A stretch of DNA of 64,000 nucleotides, taken from NCBI RefSeq assembly GCF_006345805.1, contig NC_043000.1, positions 120,776,001-120,840,000 on the forward strand, in the 5' to 3' direction. Position numbers and translations under genes: made by a program. The notes under the pieces are model-generated. The model did no database searches. It was given only the letters and a program-made list of their open reading frames with translations, and was not told where the DNA came from. Positions 1 through 11,079 of the stretch are shown here, piece by piece; position 1 is the first letter of the stretch, and the number at the start of each line of letters is the position of its first letter. Source of the DNA: Octopus sinensis. Its lineage: Eukaryota.

Positions 1-489
1 TTGGTTAAATATTGATTGTGAAATATTAATAAAACCCTATGTATGTCGCAAAATTATTTTTCGATAATTCAGATTCGAGAATTTTAGGGAGATAAATTCC
101 TATTCTCCGTAACATAGCAGTTCGGCAAAAGATATCGCTAGAATAAGTTCTGGGCTCCATTTGTTCGACTAAAAGTCCTCCAAGATGGTGCCGCACTCAA
201 AAGACTTTAAGCAAGTAAAGGATAAAAAAATAAAATATGTATGTTTTGCTGAAGATTTAAAAAAAAAATAATGGCTGTGTGGTAAGTAGCTTGCTTACCA
301 ACTGTATGGTTCTGGGTTCAGAGAGTAATGGACTGAACAAGAATGGTGTTTAGTTACTGGTTTTGTTAAAGATATCAGCCAAATGTGTTTTACATAAGTT
401 TTTAATTATTATTTTGAGCTCTAGACCTCTCTGAACGGGACACCGGTCCACTGCAGGGTTGAACAACAGGAATTTTGAGCGTAGGGGAT

Positions 490-625
490 AAGTACATTAT
501 TTACATTATTTACATTTGACGTATATTTGCGCTCATCTTGTTTGTTGTTAACACAACGTTTCGGCTGGTATATCCTCTAGCCTTCTTCAGGTGTCTTGGG
601 GAAATTTCGAAATTCCATTCCAAAG
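490..625 (-). mobile_element. Penelope-like pLTR-type fragment with minimal hammerhead ribozyme
   Basis: Minus strand 595-550 reads GACAC CTGAAGA A GGCT(12 nt)AGCC GAAAC GTT GTGTT; an inverted homologue lies at ~2845-2975. Confidence 0.6.
550..595 (-). ncRNA. Minimal type I hammerhead ribozyme motif (canonical core)
   Basis: CUGAAGA core, 4-bp stem II, GAAA, palindromic AC/GU stem III, GUU site, stem I GACAC/GUGUU. Confidence 0.65.
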
Positions 626-638
626 GTATTTTTCTATC

Positions 639-639
<1 letters not shown>

Positions 640-705
<66 letters not shown>

Positions 706-722
706 CATTATTATTATTATTA
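640..722. repeat. (ATT)n microsatellite
   Basis: Direct reading. Confidence 0.95.
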
Positions 723-796
723 TAGCGTAGGGGTTAAGAGCGAGGGCAACTAACCTCAAGATCCGAGTGTCATTCAAGGCAGTGACCTGAATAATA

Positions 797-799
797 TTC

Positions 800-841
<42 letters not shown>
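797..841. repeat. (AAT)n microsatellite at 5' junction of R4-type fragment
   Basis: Direct reading. Confidence 0.95.
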
Positions 842-844
<3 letters not shown>

Positions 845-2014
845 TGTCTCAAAACATGAAAACAAGAAAGCATCATACTCAGTCACAAAACAGGCAAAGG
901 AATATCTAAGTGAATTCCGAATACAACCAATTTCGGAATTAGAGATAGACATACAAGAAACAAGCACAGAAAAAGCTAGGCGCATGAAAACCCGTACCAA
1001 AACTGCGGCCTTAGATATTCTGAATAATAAATGGCAAGAAAAACCTCTCTATGGCAAATACCCAAAGAGAGCGAATAATGCAGATATCGACAAAGCCCTG
1101 ACCCTTCAATGGTTAATGGCCTCTGGCTTAAAATCTGAAACAGAGGGGTTTATCATAGCAGCTCAAGATCAATGCCTACCAACAAGAAACTACCAGGCCA
1201 ACATATTAAAGACGGCAGTAGCCCAACATGTCGTGTATGCCGACAACAAAATGAAACCATTGATCATATTGTCTCCAAATGCAGTCTTCTAGCGCCTACA
1301 GAGTACCTCAATAGGCATGATATAGCTGCACAATATATTCACTGGGTAATTTGCAAAAACCTGGATTTGCCCCATGAAAAAAACTGCTGGGAACACAATC
1401 CACCTCCAGTGCTTGAAAATGGCCACATCTCACTCCTCTGGAACTTCACCATTCAAACTGACAGGAAGATAGATGCAAATAGGCCAGACATCATATTGAA
1501 AGACTTCAGACAAAGAACATGCCTCCTCATTGATATGACTGTCCCAATCGATATAAACGTATCTGTCAAGACCTACCAAAAACTGAGCAAATATAAAGAT
1601 CTTGAAATAGAAATCAGCAAAATGTGGAAGCTGAAGACTAAAACAATACCTGTTGTCATAGGTGCCCTGGGAATGATAGCGAAAGGGACTGATTGCTACC
1701 TAACTCAGATACCAGGAAACCCCAAAATGGCAGAAATTCAAAAGATAGTGCTCATGGGAACTGCTCATATCCTACGCAAAATACTCTCTATGTAATCCCA
1801 AGGTTTAAAACAAACTTTTTTTAATTTTTTATTTTATTATTATTTAAATTTTTTAAAATTTAATATTATTTTTATGTATTAGACATTCACTAGTACAACA
1901 CCAAAAAAAAAACCCCCAAATATATGGCACAGAACTTCCAACCTGCTGTCTCTTGAGGTCTCTGGGTGAGACTTGGAGCCAACTTGTACAGACATAAAGC
2001 AAAAGTCAAACATA
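842..2014 (+). mobile_element. 5'-truncated R4/Dong-clade non-LTR retrotransposon (CCHC knuckle + restriction-like endonuclease + 3' UTR)
   Basis: ORFs 984-1292 and 1172-1795 (one frameshift): SGLKSETEGFIIAAQDQ, CRVC..ETIDHIVSKC, RHD, RPDI..LID..K..KYKDL; flanked on both sides by (AAT)n, the known Dong/R4 target. Confidence 0.85.
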
Positions 2015-2038
2015 GAATAATAATAATAGTAATAATAA

Positions 2039-2069
<31 letters not shown>

Positions 2070-2098
2070 AATAATATAATAATAATAATAATAATAAT
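2015..2098. repeat. (AAT)n tail/target tract
   Basis: Direct reading. Confidence 0.95.
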
Positions 2099-2820
2099 GA
2101 GATTAAAACTATAGACCACCTTATCTGAGGATATAGAATCTTAGCACCTGTAGAATATAAAGCAAGACATGACATAGTCGGTCAGTAGTTACTCCTGACA
2201 ATATATCGGCATTATAAAATCAAAACCGCTGGCAACTGGTATAATCACCATAAGCTGTGACTGGGGGAGACAATGTGTCGATTCTATGGGACTTCCCCGT
2301 ACATACCGACAAAACTATACATGCTGATAAACCGGATATTATTATAAAAAGGTTACACAAAAAGGTGTATTTACTAATTCACATGAGTATTCCTTGCGAT
2401 CACCATATAGCGGCGAAAGAATTTGACAAGATCAGTAAATATAAAGACTTGCTAATAGAAATTGAAAAACACGTGGCATCTCAAGGCGACTACAGTACCA
2501 GTGATTGTAGGATCTCTAGGAATGATAAAAAAAAGGTACTGAAACCTATTTGAAAATGATACCAGGCTTACCATCCCTACAGGAAGTGCGAAAAATCGTG
2601 TTAACTGGAACGACTCATGTAATGAGAAGATCATTATGGCTGTGAAATCAACATCCATTCATGAATTTATTTATTTATTAATTCATTTTAAATACATATT
2701 TTACCTGTGAATTTGCGTGTGTAATCTGGGACTGCATACAATGAGCTTCTCTGCCCTAGGTGTACGGAAAACACTCGGCGAAAAATGGAAGAAAATATGA
2801 AGAAAGAAGAAAAAAAATAA
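2099..2820 (+). mobile_element. Second, more decayed R4/Dong-type RLE fragment (different subfamily)
   Basis: TIDHL..LAPVEYKARHD, SILWDFPVHTDKTIHADKPDII, KEFDKISKYKDLLIEIEK, with stops and frameshifts. Confidence 0.75.
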
Positions 2821-2844
2821 TCGAAACATACCTTAAGAATGAGA

Positions 2845-2975
2845 AGCCATGTTCGAAATTCCCCCAAGACACCTGATGAAGGCTGAGGGGTATATCAGCC
2901 AAAATTTTGTTTTAACAAACAAGATGAGGACAAATATCCGTCAAATGTAAGTAATGTAAATGATGTACATAATTC
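2845..2975 (+). mobile_element. Inverted homologue of the 490-625 pLTR-type fragment, degenerate hammerhead
   Basis: GACAC CTGATGA A GGCTGA..TCAGCC AAAAT at 2868-2905 (GAAAC mutated). Confidence 0.55.
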
Positions 2976-3835
2976 TTTATCTCTTAAATATAAAATTGTA
3001 GGGGACAAGGAAATTTCATTGGAACGATTACTTGAGAAGTACTGTAATTTATCGGTCCGAAGGGATGAAAAATAAATTTGATCTCGGTGGATTTGAACTC
3101 AGAAAAAAAGAGAATAGAGAATACACCGGATAATGATGTCTTAGGCATTGTGGTCGCGGCTTGAATGCCTTTGCTTTTGGATCAGTTAAATCGCGTTAAT
3201 CTGGGCTTAAATAACAACCATCACTACTGAAAGATATTGCGCATCTTAATTTTAAGCGTAAACAAATATCCAAGCTATACTTCCTTATATGTCATAACCA
3301 TATATTAGTTGTATTCCCCTCGGAGGATTGCTTACGAGAAAAAAACAACAACAGCAACAACAACCCTACAAAAATTGGGACACAAAAACGATTAAATAAC
3401 ACAGCAAATAAACTTACGAAGCAGCAACAAAAATAAAAAAAAAGTGGGGTTGGGATTCGATTGAATCTTGCTGCTGAAGGAAAGCTGTGTTGACATAATA
3501 TTCCTCTGAGATTAAAAACTAACATGATTCCAAAATATATATTGATATGGTGGGAACGAATTTGATGAAAACTATCAGATATTGTGCATGGAATGCATTT
3601 GATTGCTTCTAAAATAACATCCATTCGTGACTTAATGTCACATTTTCAATATTTACAATAAAGGATCACGCACACACAGACACACGCGCGCGCGCACACA
3701 GACACACACGCATCTTTGTATATTTGATTCCTGTAAAATGTTCATCTGTAATAATATCATCGTGATATAGTGCGAAAGTAAGAATATCTTTGTGACAGCC
3801 ATTTTTTTTTATGTGAAATCTATATTAAACAGGAT

Positions 3836-3861
3836 TAATCTATCTAACTATCTATCTATCA

Positions 3862-3912
<51 letters not shown>

Positions 3913-4012
3913 AATCTTTCTACCTATCAATCTATCTATCTATATTTCTTTCTATCTATCAATATATCGATCGATCGATCTATTTGTCTATCTATCTATC
4001 TACCTATCTATC
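3836..4012. repeat. (ATCT)n tetranucleotide microsatellite
   Basis: Direct reading. Confidence 0.9.
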
Positions 4013-5179
4013 TTTTTCCCCTTTTTTCTTCTTTTTCATTTCTCTTTTCTTTTGTTCCTTTTCCTTTTCTTTTTTTTCTTTTTATTCTTTTTATTTTTTA
4101 TTTTATTTATTTATTTATTTTTGGTTCTTTTCTTCCCTTTTACGATCCCTCTTGATCGAAAACCTACGCCACCCCTCTTTTTCTTTGTTTTTTTTCTTCT
4201 GTTTTTTGTTTTTTTCATCCCTCAAAAGAAAAGCTCTACCTTGTAACTTGTCCCATCTGTGTGCAGCCCTGTGTGGCCAATAAAGAAACTTATCTTTCGA
4301 ATGATTGAAAAAATCAAAAGGAGTTATGTAATAACTTCGTTTGGCTTACAGCCGTTTCTTTTGTGAGAAACGTTACATTCAATCCTGAGTGTTTGTGCAG
4401 CTTCTTATAGCTTTCACAGAGACATTTACGTGAGGCCTTTATGTAAATGACTTCGGTGAAGCTACAATATACTATACAAGCATCCCATTCTAAGTGTAGT
4501 GCTCTTTAGTGCAGGAAGCGCTAACTCAAGTGGCTGCATACTTTCAGATCTTTTTATTCATAAATTAACATTACGTTTTGTATCCACTTGTAGTTATATT
4601 CTAAGCAACGACTGGTTATTATTATCACGATGCCCAAGGCGAAACCATAACGCACACCCACACACACACAGTAAGATAAAGTGTTCCAAAAGACAGAAGC
4701 AATAGGTCTCTACTATTCACTTTCTCATACAAATGTTAAACATGTTTATTAATCATAACTTATACATGCATACACTCACTAAGTGCTTTTATTAATGTAT
4801 TAATATAAGTTGATTTCTTAAGACATTACAATGCCATGAGAAATATATATTTGTAATTATTAATTTTTAGCATACACATACCTTAAAAATTAGTGGAAAT
4901 GACGTAGCAGATTCTGCCACAGAATGTATTAAATTTGTATGCAATTCACATATCTCAGGAATGAAATTTAAATCGTATAAGTAGGACCGTAAAAAAGTAA
5001 CTCAGACTGTAGCTAAATATATCACAGTCTCCTACTTCCAAATAGTCGTTGCCTGTGATATATTTAGAATATCATATTCATTAATTTATTTGACGCCTAT
5101 TTCATAGATTTATGATTTTGTTCTGTTTATTGTTTACCTGCTGTTGGAAGCAGTGATGATTCTCTATTTTGAAGAGAAA

Positions 5180-5390
5180 GGCGGCGAACTGGCAGAAACT
5201 TTAGCACGCCGGACGTAATGCTTAGCAGTATTTCGTCTGCCGCTATGTTCTGGGTCCAAATTCTGCTGAGATCAACTTTACCTTTCATCCTTTCGGGGTC
5301 GATAAATTAAGTATCATTTGCGAACTGGGGTCGATCTAATCGACTAAACTCCTCCCCCAAAATTTCGTGCCTTGTGCCTAGAGTAGAAAA
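5180..5390 (+). mobile_element. tRNA-derived SINE family A, with TSD
   Basis: GGCGGCGARCTGGCAG head, CCTTTCATCCTTTCGGGGTCGATAAA body; flanking direct repeat GATTCTCTATTTTGRAGAGAAA. Confidence 0.85.
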
Positions 5391-5937
5391 GATTCTCTAT
5401 TTTGGAGAGAAAACATCGTATTTCTTAGAAAAGTATATGTTTAATTGAAATGACTTCAGTATAAGAATGGTGCTTATAATATGGATCCCTTCTTTTTCTC
5501 GAGTCTTGGAAATCATTAAGACTTTTATGAGGTTCCCATGGCTTATAAGTGGCCGTGATCATAACATTCCTCTCAACGGGACACCGATTCGTTGCAGGCT
5601 TCAAGGGCAGTAATTTTGAAGGAAAGCAGGAAGTCAATGGTATCCACCCTATTTACTTCCCTTACACTTTACTTTATAAACTCTGAAGGGATGAATGGCT
5701 TTGTCTAACGTGCTACCGATTCTGCCAGTTATCCCCTCCTTCATTGATACACATGGATGGGTAAAATGTAGAATCGCCTCACTGTGACTTAAACTCGAAA
5801 TTCCAGCACAGTAAAGGATTACTGCACGCCCTTTGTATTAAGAATCACATACTTTCTGCCTTTACGGTGCCGTTACTAAGGTGATAATAGCAATATTTTC
5901 TCTCACACAGAAAGGCAAAAATGTGTATGATGAAGGC

Positions 5938-6395
5938 GTAGGAGTGGCTGTGTAGTAAGAAGATTACCAGCCACATTGTTCCAGTGTTCCGTCCCACTGC
6001 GTAGCACCTTGGGTTAGTGTCTTCTACTATAGCCGAGAGCCGACCAAAGCTTTGTGAGTGGATTTGGTAGACGGAAACTGAAAGAAGCCCGTCGTATATA
6101 TGTATATATGTATATATATATGTATGTATGTATGTATGTATGCTTGCATGTATGTATGTGTGTGTGTGTATATGTTTGTGTGTCTGTGTTTTTCCCCCAA
6201 CATCGCCTGACACACATCGCTGGTGTGTTTATGTCCCCCGTAACTTAACGGTTCGGCAAAACAGACCGATAGAATAAGTACTAGGCTAACAAAGAATAAG
6301 TGCTGGGCTCTATTTGCTCTCGAGTAAAGGCAGTGCTCCAGCATGGCCACAGTCAAATGACTGAAACGTGTAAAAGAGTAAAGAGAGTAAGAGTT
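5938..6395 (+). mobile_element. tRNA-derived SINE family B (internal microsatellite), near full length
   Basis: GGAGTGGCTGTGT head, CTTGGG..AGTGTCTTCTACTATAGCC, internal (TA)/(TG)n, tail CCAGCATGGCC..AGTCAAATGACTGAAAC. Confidence 0.85.
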
Positions 6396-8504
6396 ATAAA
6401 TTTGTTCCTTGTTTGGATTCGTTTGTTTCAAAAGAAACAGAAGGAAGTGTCTACGATGTTTTAACCTTCTGCTTCAAATAACGATCGATCTTCCCTCAAA
6501 CATGGTCTACTGTTTTAAAAAGGCCATTTTATATATGTATATAGAAGTTAAGACAAAATGTTAAGAGCTGCATCGTATTTGATGGTATCTCTACCGAATT
6601 AAGTTTAACCTGGGACGAACATATGCCCAATAACGAACATAGTACAATATATACTCTGATACGATATCAACACCGGAGAAATGAAAGCGAAGTTGGCCCT
6701 CGCGATATTTAAATTTATATATTAAATATCACAAACATTATTTCTCGAATCCTTTTTTGTCGTACTCAATTAATGCGTTCTAGTGGTACTTTTCTTTTAG
6801 CGATGACGAATAAAAAGAATCAAATTAAAATTGGCGAATATTATCAGAGAGTTAATGGATTTATATATTCGTTTGCACTTTCCAAACTTACGTCATCGTT
6901 TCGTGAAAGTCTAAAACATGAAATTGAATGACACTTTTGTGAATTAAATTCGTGTCATTCAATGATAAGCTAAAGGAAGTGGTATGCCTGTAGTGAGCAA
7001 TATCAACATCGCAGTTTTATTTCTCAAATTTAGTCATCGCATAGCATTCAAATGATACTACATATGACAGAGAAAATCGTGAACACGGCAAATACCTAAG
7101 TAACATCAATCCTTATTACTAGCACTGTTGTTACAAGTATCATTAAGAGGGTGAACTGGCAGAATCGGTAGTGCGTCGAACAAAACAATCAGAAGCATTT
7201 TTTTCGGCTCTTTACGTTTTAGGGCCGATTTTACATTACATCCTTTTATGGTTGATAAAATAAACACTCGTTTAATACCGTGAGTCATTGTAATCGACTT
7301 ACCCACTTTTTTGAAATAGCTAGCCTTGTGCCAATTTTGAAAACATTATTATCATTAAGAAGACAGCGAATTGGCAGAAACGTTAGCAGGTCAGATATAA
7401 TGCTTTGTAGCATTTTGTTCGGCTTTTTACGTTTACGGTTCAAATTCCCGTCTGCTCAGCTTTGCTTTTCATCCTTTCGGGGTCGCAAGAATATGTTCGA
7501 GTCGAGGACGGGGTCGAGTGTTGGTGCAGTATAATCGACGTACGCCACCCCTAAACTGTCTGACCTCCTGCTAAAATTTTAAAACTTTTGCTATTACTAT
7601 AATTATGATGGCTTAGAAGTATTCTTAAAAGCGTTAACAAACCTGATTAGAAATATTTGTTCCGGCTCTCCACATTCTGAGTTCAAATATTGCTGAGGTC
7701 AACTTCACCTTTGATTCCTCATTGCTCAATAACTGGAGTCGTTCATTACCGGAGTCGGAAGATCTTTAACTTTTGACCGAGTGATATCATAAATAACAGT
7801 GATAAATGAAAAATACATCACCAGAAGTTCTTGTTGACAAAAAACAGCAGTAATTTTATTCAGCTGAATACACGTCATTGATTGGTTGAAATTACCAAAA
7901 TAGGATAACTTTAACGTGAAATAACTTCGTAAATATAAGTTTTTCTCAAAAATGCTAAGAGTAAAAGATGCTTTACATGACACATTCAACCAGTGTCCGA
8001 AGTTTGAAAGCGTTTAGTTACAAAAAATTATTTTTTTAAATCTGTAGGCCAAAAGGTAAAGATCCGAGTCACATTTATCCACTACTACCCACCTCAAACA
8101 ATTTCAGACCTTGAGTACCAATCACAAATAATATTATTCCAGTGAATGGGCAGAATCGTAAAAACGTAGGACAAAACTAAAGAGGCGCGATAAATAATAC
8201 AAAATACTTTGTGGTGTTCGTTCCAGCTCTTTAGTTTCTGAGTTCAAGTCCCACACCGGACATCATCATTTCCATTTCTTTACCTTACAAAACCTTACAG
8301 CTTTTTACAGATAATTCTTTTAACCGACTCTTCTCTCGAACCGTATTTCTGAATTTGTGCTTATATACAAAATTATCATTACTACTCCATAGTAAAAATA
8401 TAGTATTTCCATCATACTGGTTTCAAATTTTAGCACAAGGCCAGCATTTTCGTGGGAAGTAGTAAGTCGATTACATCAACTCGTATTTATTTTATCGACC
8501 CCCT

Positions 8505-8645
8505 GTCACCAAAAACGGTTCGGCAAAAGAGACCGATCGAATAAGTACTAGGTTTACAAAGAATAAGTCCTGGGGTCGATTTGCTCGATTAAAGGCGGTG
8601 CTTCAGCATGGCCGCTGTCAAATGATTAAAACAAGTAAAAAGTAA
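8505..8645 (+). mobile_element. SINE family B 3' half
   Basis: Matches the tail of the 5938-6395 copy. Confidence 0.75.
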
Positions 8646-9324
8646 AGATTATTATTATTATTATTATATTATTATTATTATTATTATTATGGCTAGTTAA
8701 CAGAATCGTTAGTACGCCGGGGGTTGCCTGACAAAACGCTAAGCATCTTTACCTTTCGGAATTCGCCCGTCCTTACGTTTCTGAATTCAAATTCCGCCGA
8801 AATTGGCTTAGTCTTTCGTGCATTTGGAATCGATAAAAAAAGTAGTCGTTGAGCACTAAGGTCGATGTAATCGATTTAGCGTCTCCCTCGAATCTTCTGG
8901 CCATGTGCCAAAATTTGAAACCGTTATTATTATTACTACTACCTGTGTTGTCTAATTTGTATTACAGACTTTCGCTGAAGTATCGAGCACAATCCAACTC
9001 AACTTCGCTCTGTACGTACATAGTGTGTTGTTGTTTGTTGCTTTTTTTCTTTGTTTTCTAATATATCGATTTCTAACATAGACACAAAACTTAAATTTTG
9101 GTGAGAAAACAATCGATTATATTGATTCCCGTACTTGACTGGCACTTCAATTTCACATACCTGGAAGGATAAAAAGCTGGATGCAAACGCAGAACGTCAA
9201 GTATGGCGACTATGTTATAATACAAGAAATTTTGTCTGACGCCATATTGACTCTAACAGTTCGTAATCATAAAAACTATATGTAACATATATAATCAGTA
9301 ATTGCAATATTTTGAGTATTTAAT

Positions 9325-9473
9325 ATAAGTCCTGGTACTATGTAGTACGGCGTTCGCTTCCCAGCTATATGTTTCTGTGTTCAGTCCCACTGTATGACAC
9401 CATGGGCATTAGATTTTTATTATATCACCGTGGTGTGATGTGTGGATTTGCTGGACAGAAACTGAAAGGGACC

Positions 9474-9478
<5 letters not shown>
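9325..9478 (+). mobile_element. SINE family B 5' half, ending in (AT)n
   Basis: Degenerate match to B head up to GAAACTGAAAG..GCC. Confidence 0.6.
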
Positions 9479-9515
<37 letters not shown>

Positions 9516-9539
9516 ATACATATATATATGAAAGCGCTA

Positions 9540-10268
9540 AAAGTGTCTCAAATAACAGTAATAGAAAAGCCGCACTATTCCAAGTAGGGATAATTCCTCC
9601 GCAGGATACTGATATCCCGGGTTGGCTTGGAGAAAACTTACAAATATACAGTCATCACGACAGTTTATACAGCCCTCTGCGCTTCTGCCTTCTTCACTAC
9701 CTCGACTCCCACCTCCTCACAACATCACACCACACTACACTACACCATACAACATTACACATCACATCACAACACACCACCCACAGCACACCACCCACAC
9801 ACCCATCCCCACATTTTTACACCTACACATACCTATACATATCACATCACAACACACCACCCACACACCCATCCCCACATCTCCACACCCACACATACAT
9901 ACATACACACGTCCAGACCACCAGCCCTCTTTCAAACGCAGATACATACTCTCTTATACACACACGCACCTTTGTGTTGGGGGCACCTTCGTTTTGGGAG
10001 TCACTTGGCCCTGTTATCTCCCCTACTGTCTGTCTAGCGTCTGACCTCTGACCACTGCCCGAAGTCAGAACGCCATGATAGATCGTTAGCTCCTACACGC
10101 ATTTGTTTTCTCTCCTTGTTTTTTTTCTGTGTTTCTTTCTGTCGAAGAGCGTAGGCTCGAAACGTAAAAGACTTGTTCTATTTCTATTCCTGAGCGCCAT
10201 ACTAATACATTTGTTTCTTTGTACTCCACTGTCTTCGTCTTTTGTTATTTTCGTAAAACTTCCTGTTA
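9540..10268 (+). mobile_element. Short Neptune-type Penelope-like 3' copy (3' UTR + pLTR)
   Basis: 9715-10268 closely matches 41940-42498; carries a hammerhead motif; ends in (AT)n. Confidence 0.75.
10134..10171 (+). ncRNA. Minimal hammerhead-like motif with CUGUCGA core
   Basis: TCTTT CTGTCGA A GAGC GTAG GCTC GAAAC GTA AAAGA. Confidence 0.55.
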
Positions 10269-10269
10269 T

Positions 10270-10323
<54 letters not shown>

Positions 10324-10337
10324 ATATATAAAATATA

Positions 10338-10374
<37 letters not shown>

Positions 10375-10393
10375 ATATATATAAATATATATA

Positions 10394-10427
<34 letters not shown>

Positions 10428-10740
10428 ATATATATAAATATATATGTATATATTATATAATATATAATATATATATATAAAGATATATTAAATATATATA
10501 TGTATATATATATATATATAAATATATATATGATATATATATATAAAGATATATATAAATATATATATATATAATATATATATAATATATATATATATAT
10601 AGATATATATAAATATATATATAGATATATATAAATATATATATAGAATATATATAAATATATATATTAGATATATATAAATATATGTATATATATATAT
10701 ATATAAATATATATAATATATAATATATATATATATATAT
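10269..10740. repeat. Compound (AT)n microsatellite
   Basis: Direct reading. Confidence 0.95.
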
Positions 10741-10903
10741 AAAATATTATTTGAGACAAAAACCACTATTTGCAAAAACAAACAAGGAAGACTTAATCAA
10801 TACATAAAATTAATAAATAGTCATTTATTAAATTTTATGTATTGATTAAGTCTTTCATTGTGTGTTTTGCAAAATAGTGGTTTGTCTCAAATAATATTTA
10901 TAA
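10738..10903. repeat. ~165-bp near-perfect palindrome (4-nt loop AGTC)
   Basis: Arms AAAATATTATTTGAGACAAA..TAATAAAT / ATTTATTA..TTTGTCTCAAATAATATTTT. Confidence 0.85.
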
Positions 10904-11030
10904 TATTTTACTATAAAATTGGATTTAATCCTAAATCTGATTTTTTTCCCCTGTTAAAATTTGGATATATTCCCTAATATTTATTATTTATATATATATA
11001 TATTATATATATATATATAATAATTATATT

Positions 11031-11072
<42 letters not shown>

Positions 11073-11079
11073 TATACGT

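Noticed and set aside
538-1000. Poly-Tyr, poly-Ile and similar ORFs here and throughout (YIYI, HTHT, CVCV, LLLL)
   Set aside because: Translations of ATT, AT, CA and related microsatellites; no coding evidence.
9440-10051. 203-aa His/Thr/Pro-rich ORF and overlapping ORFs
   Set aside because: Read through (AT)n and the low-complexity CA-rich 3' UTR of the Neptune-type element.
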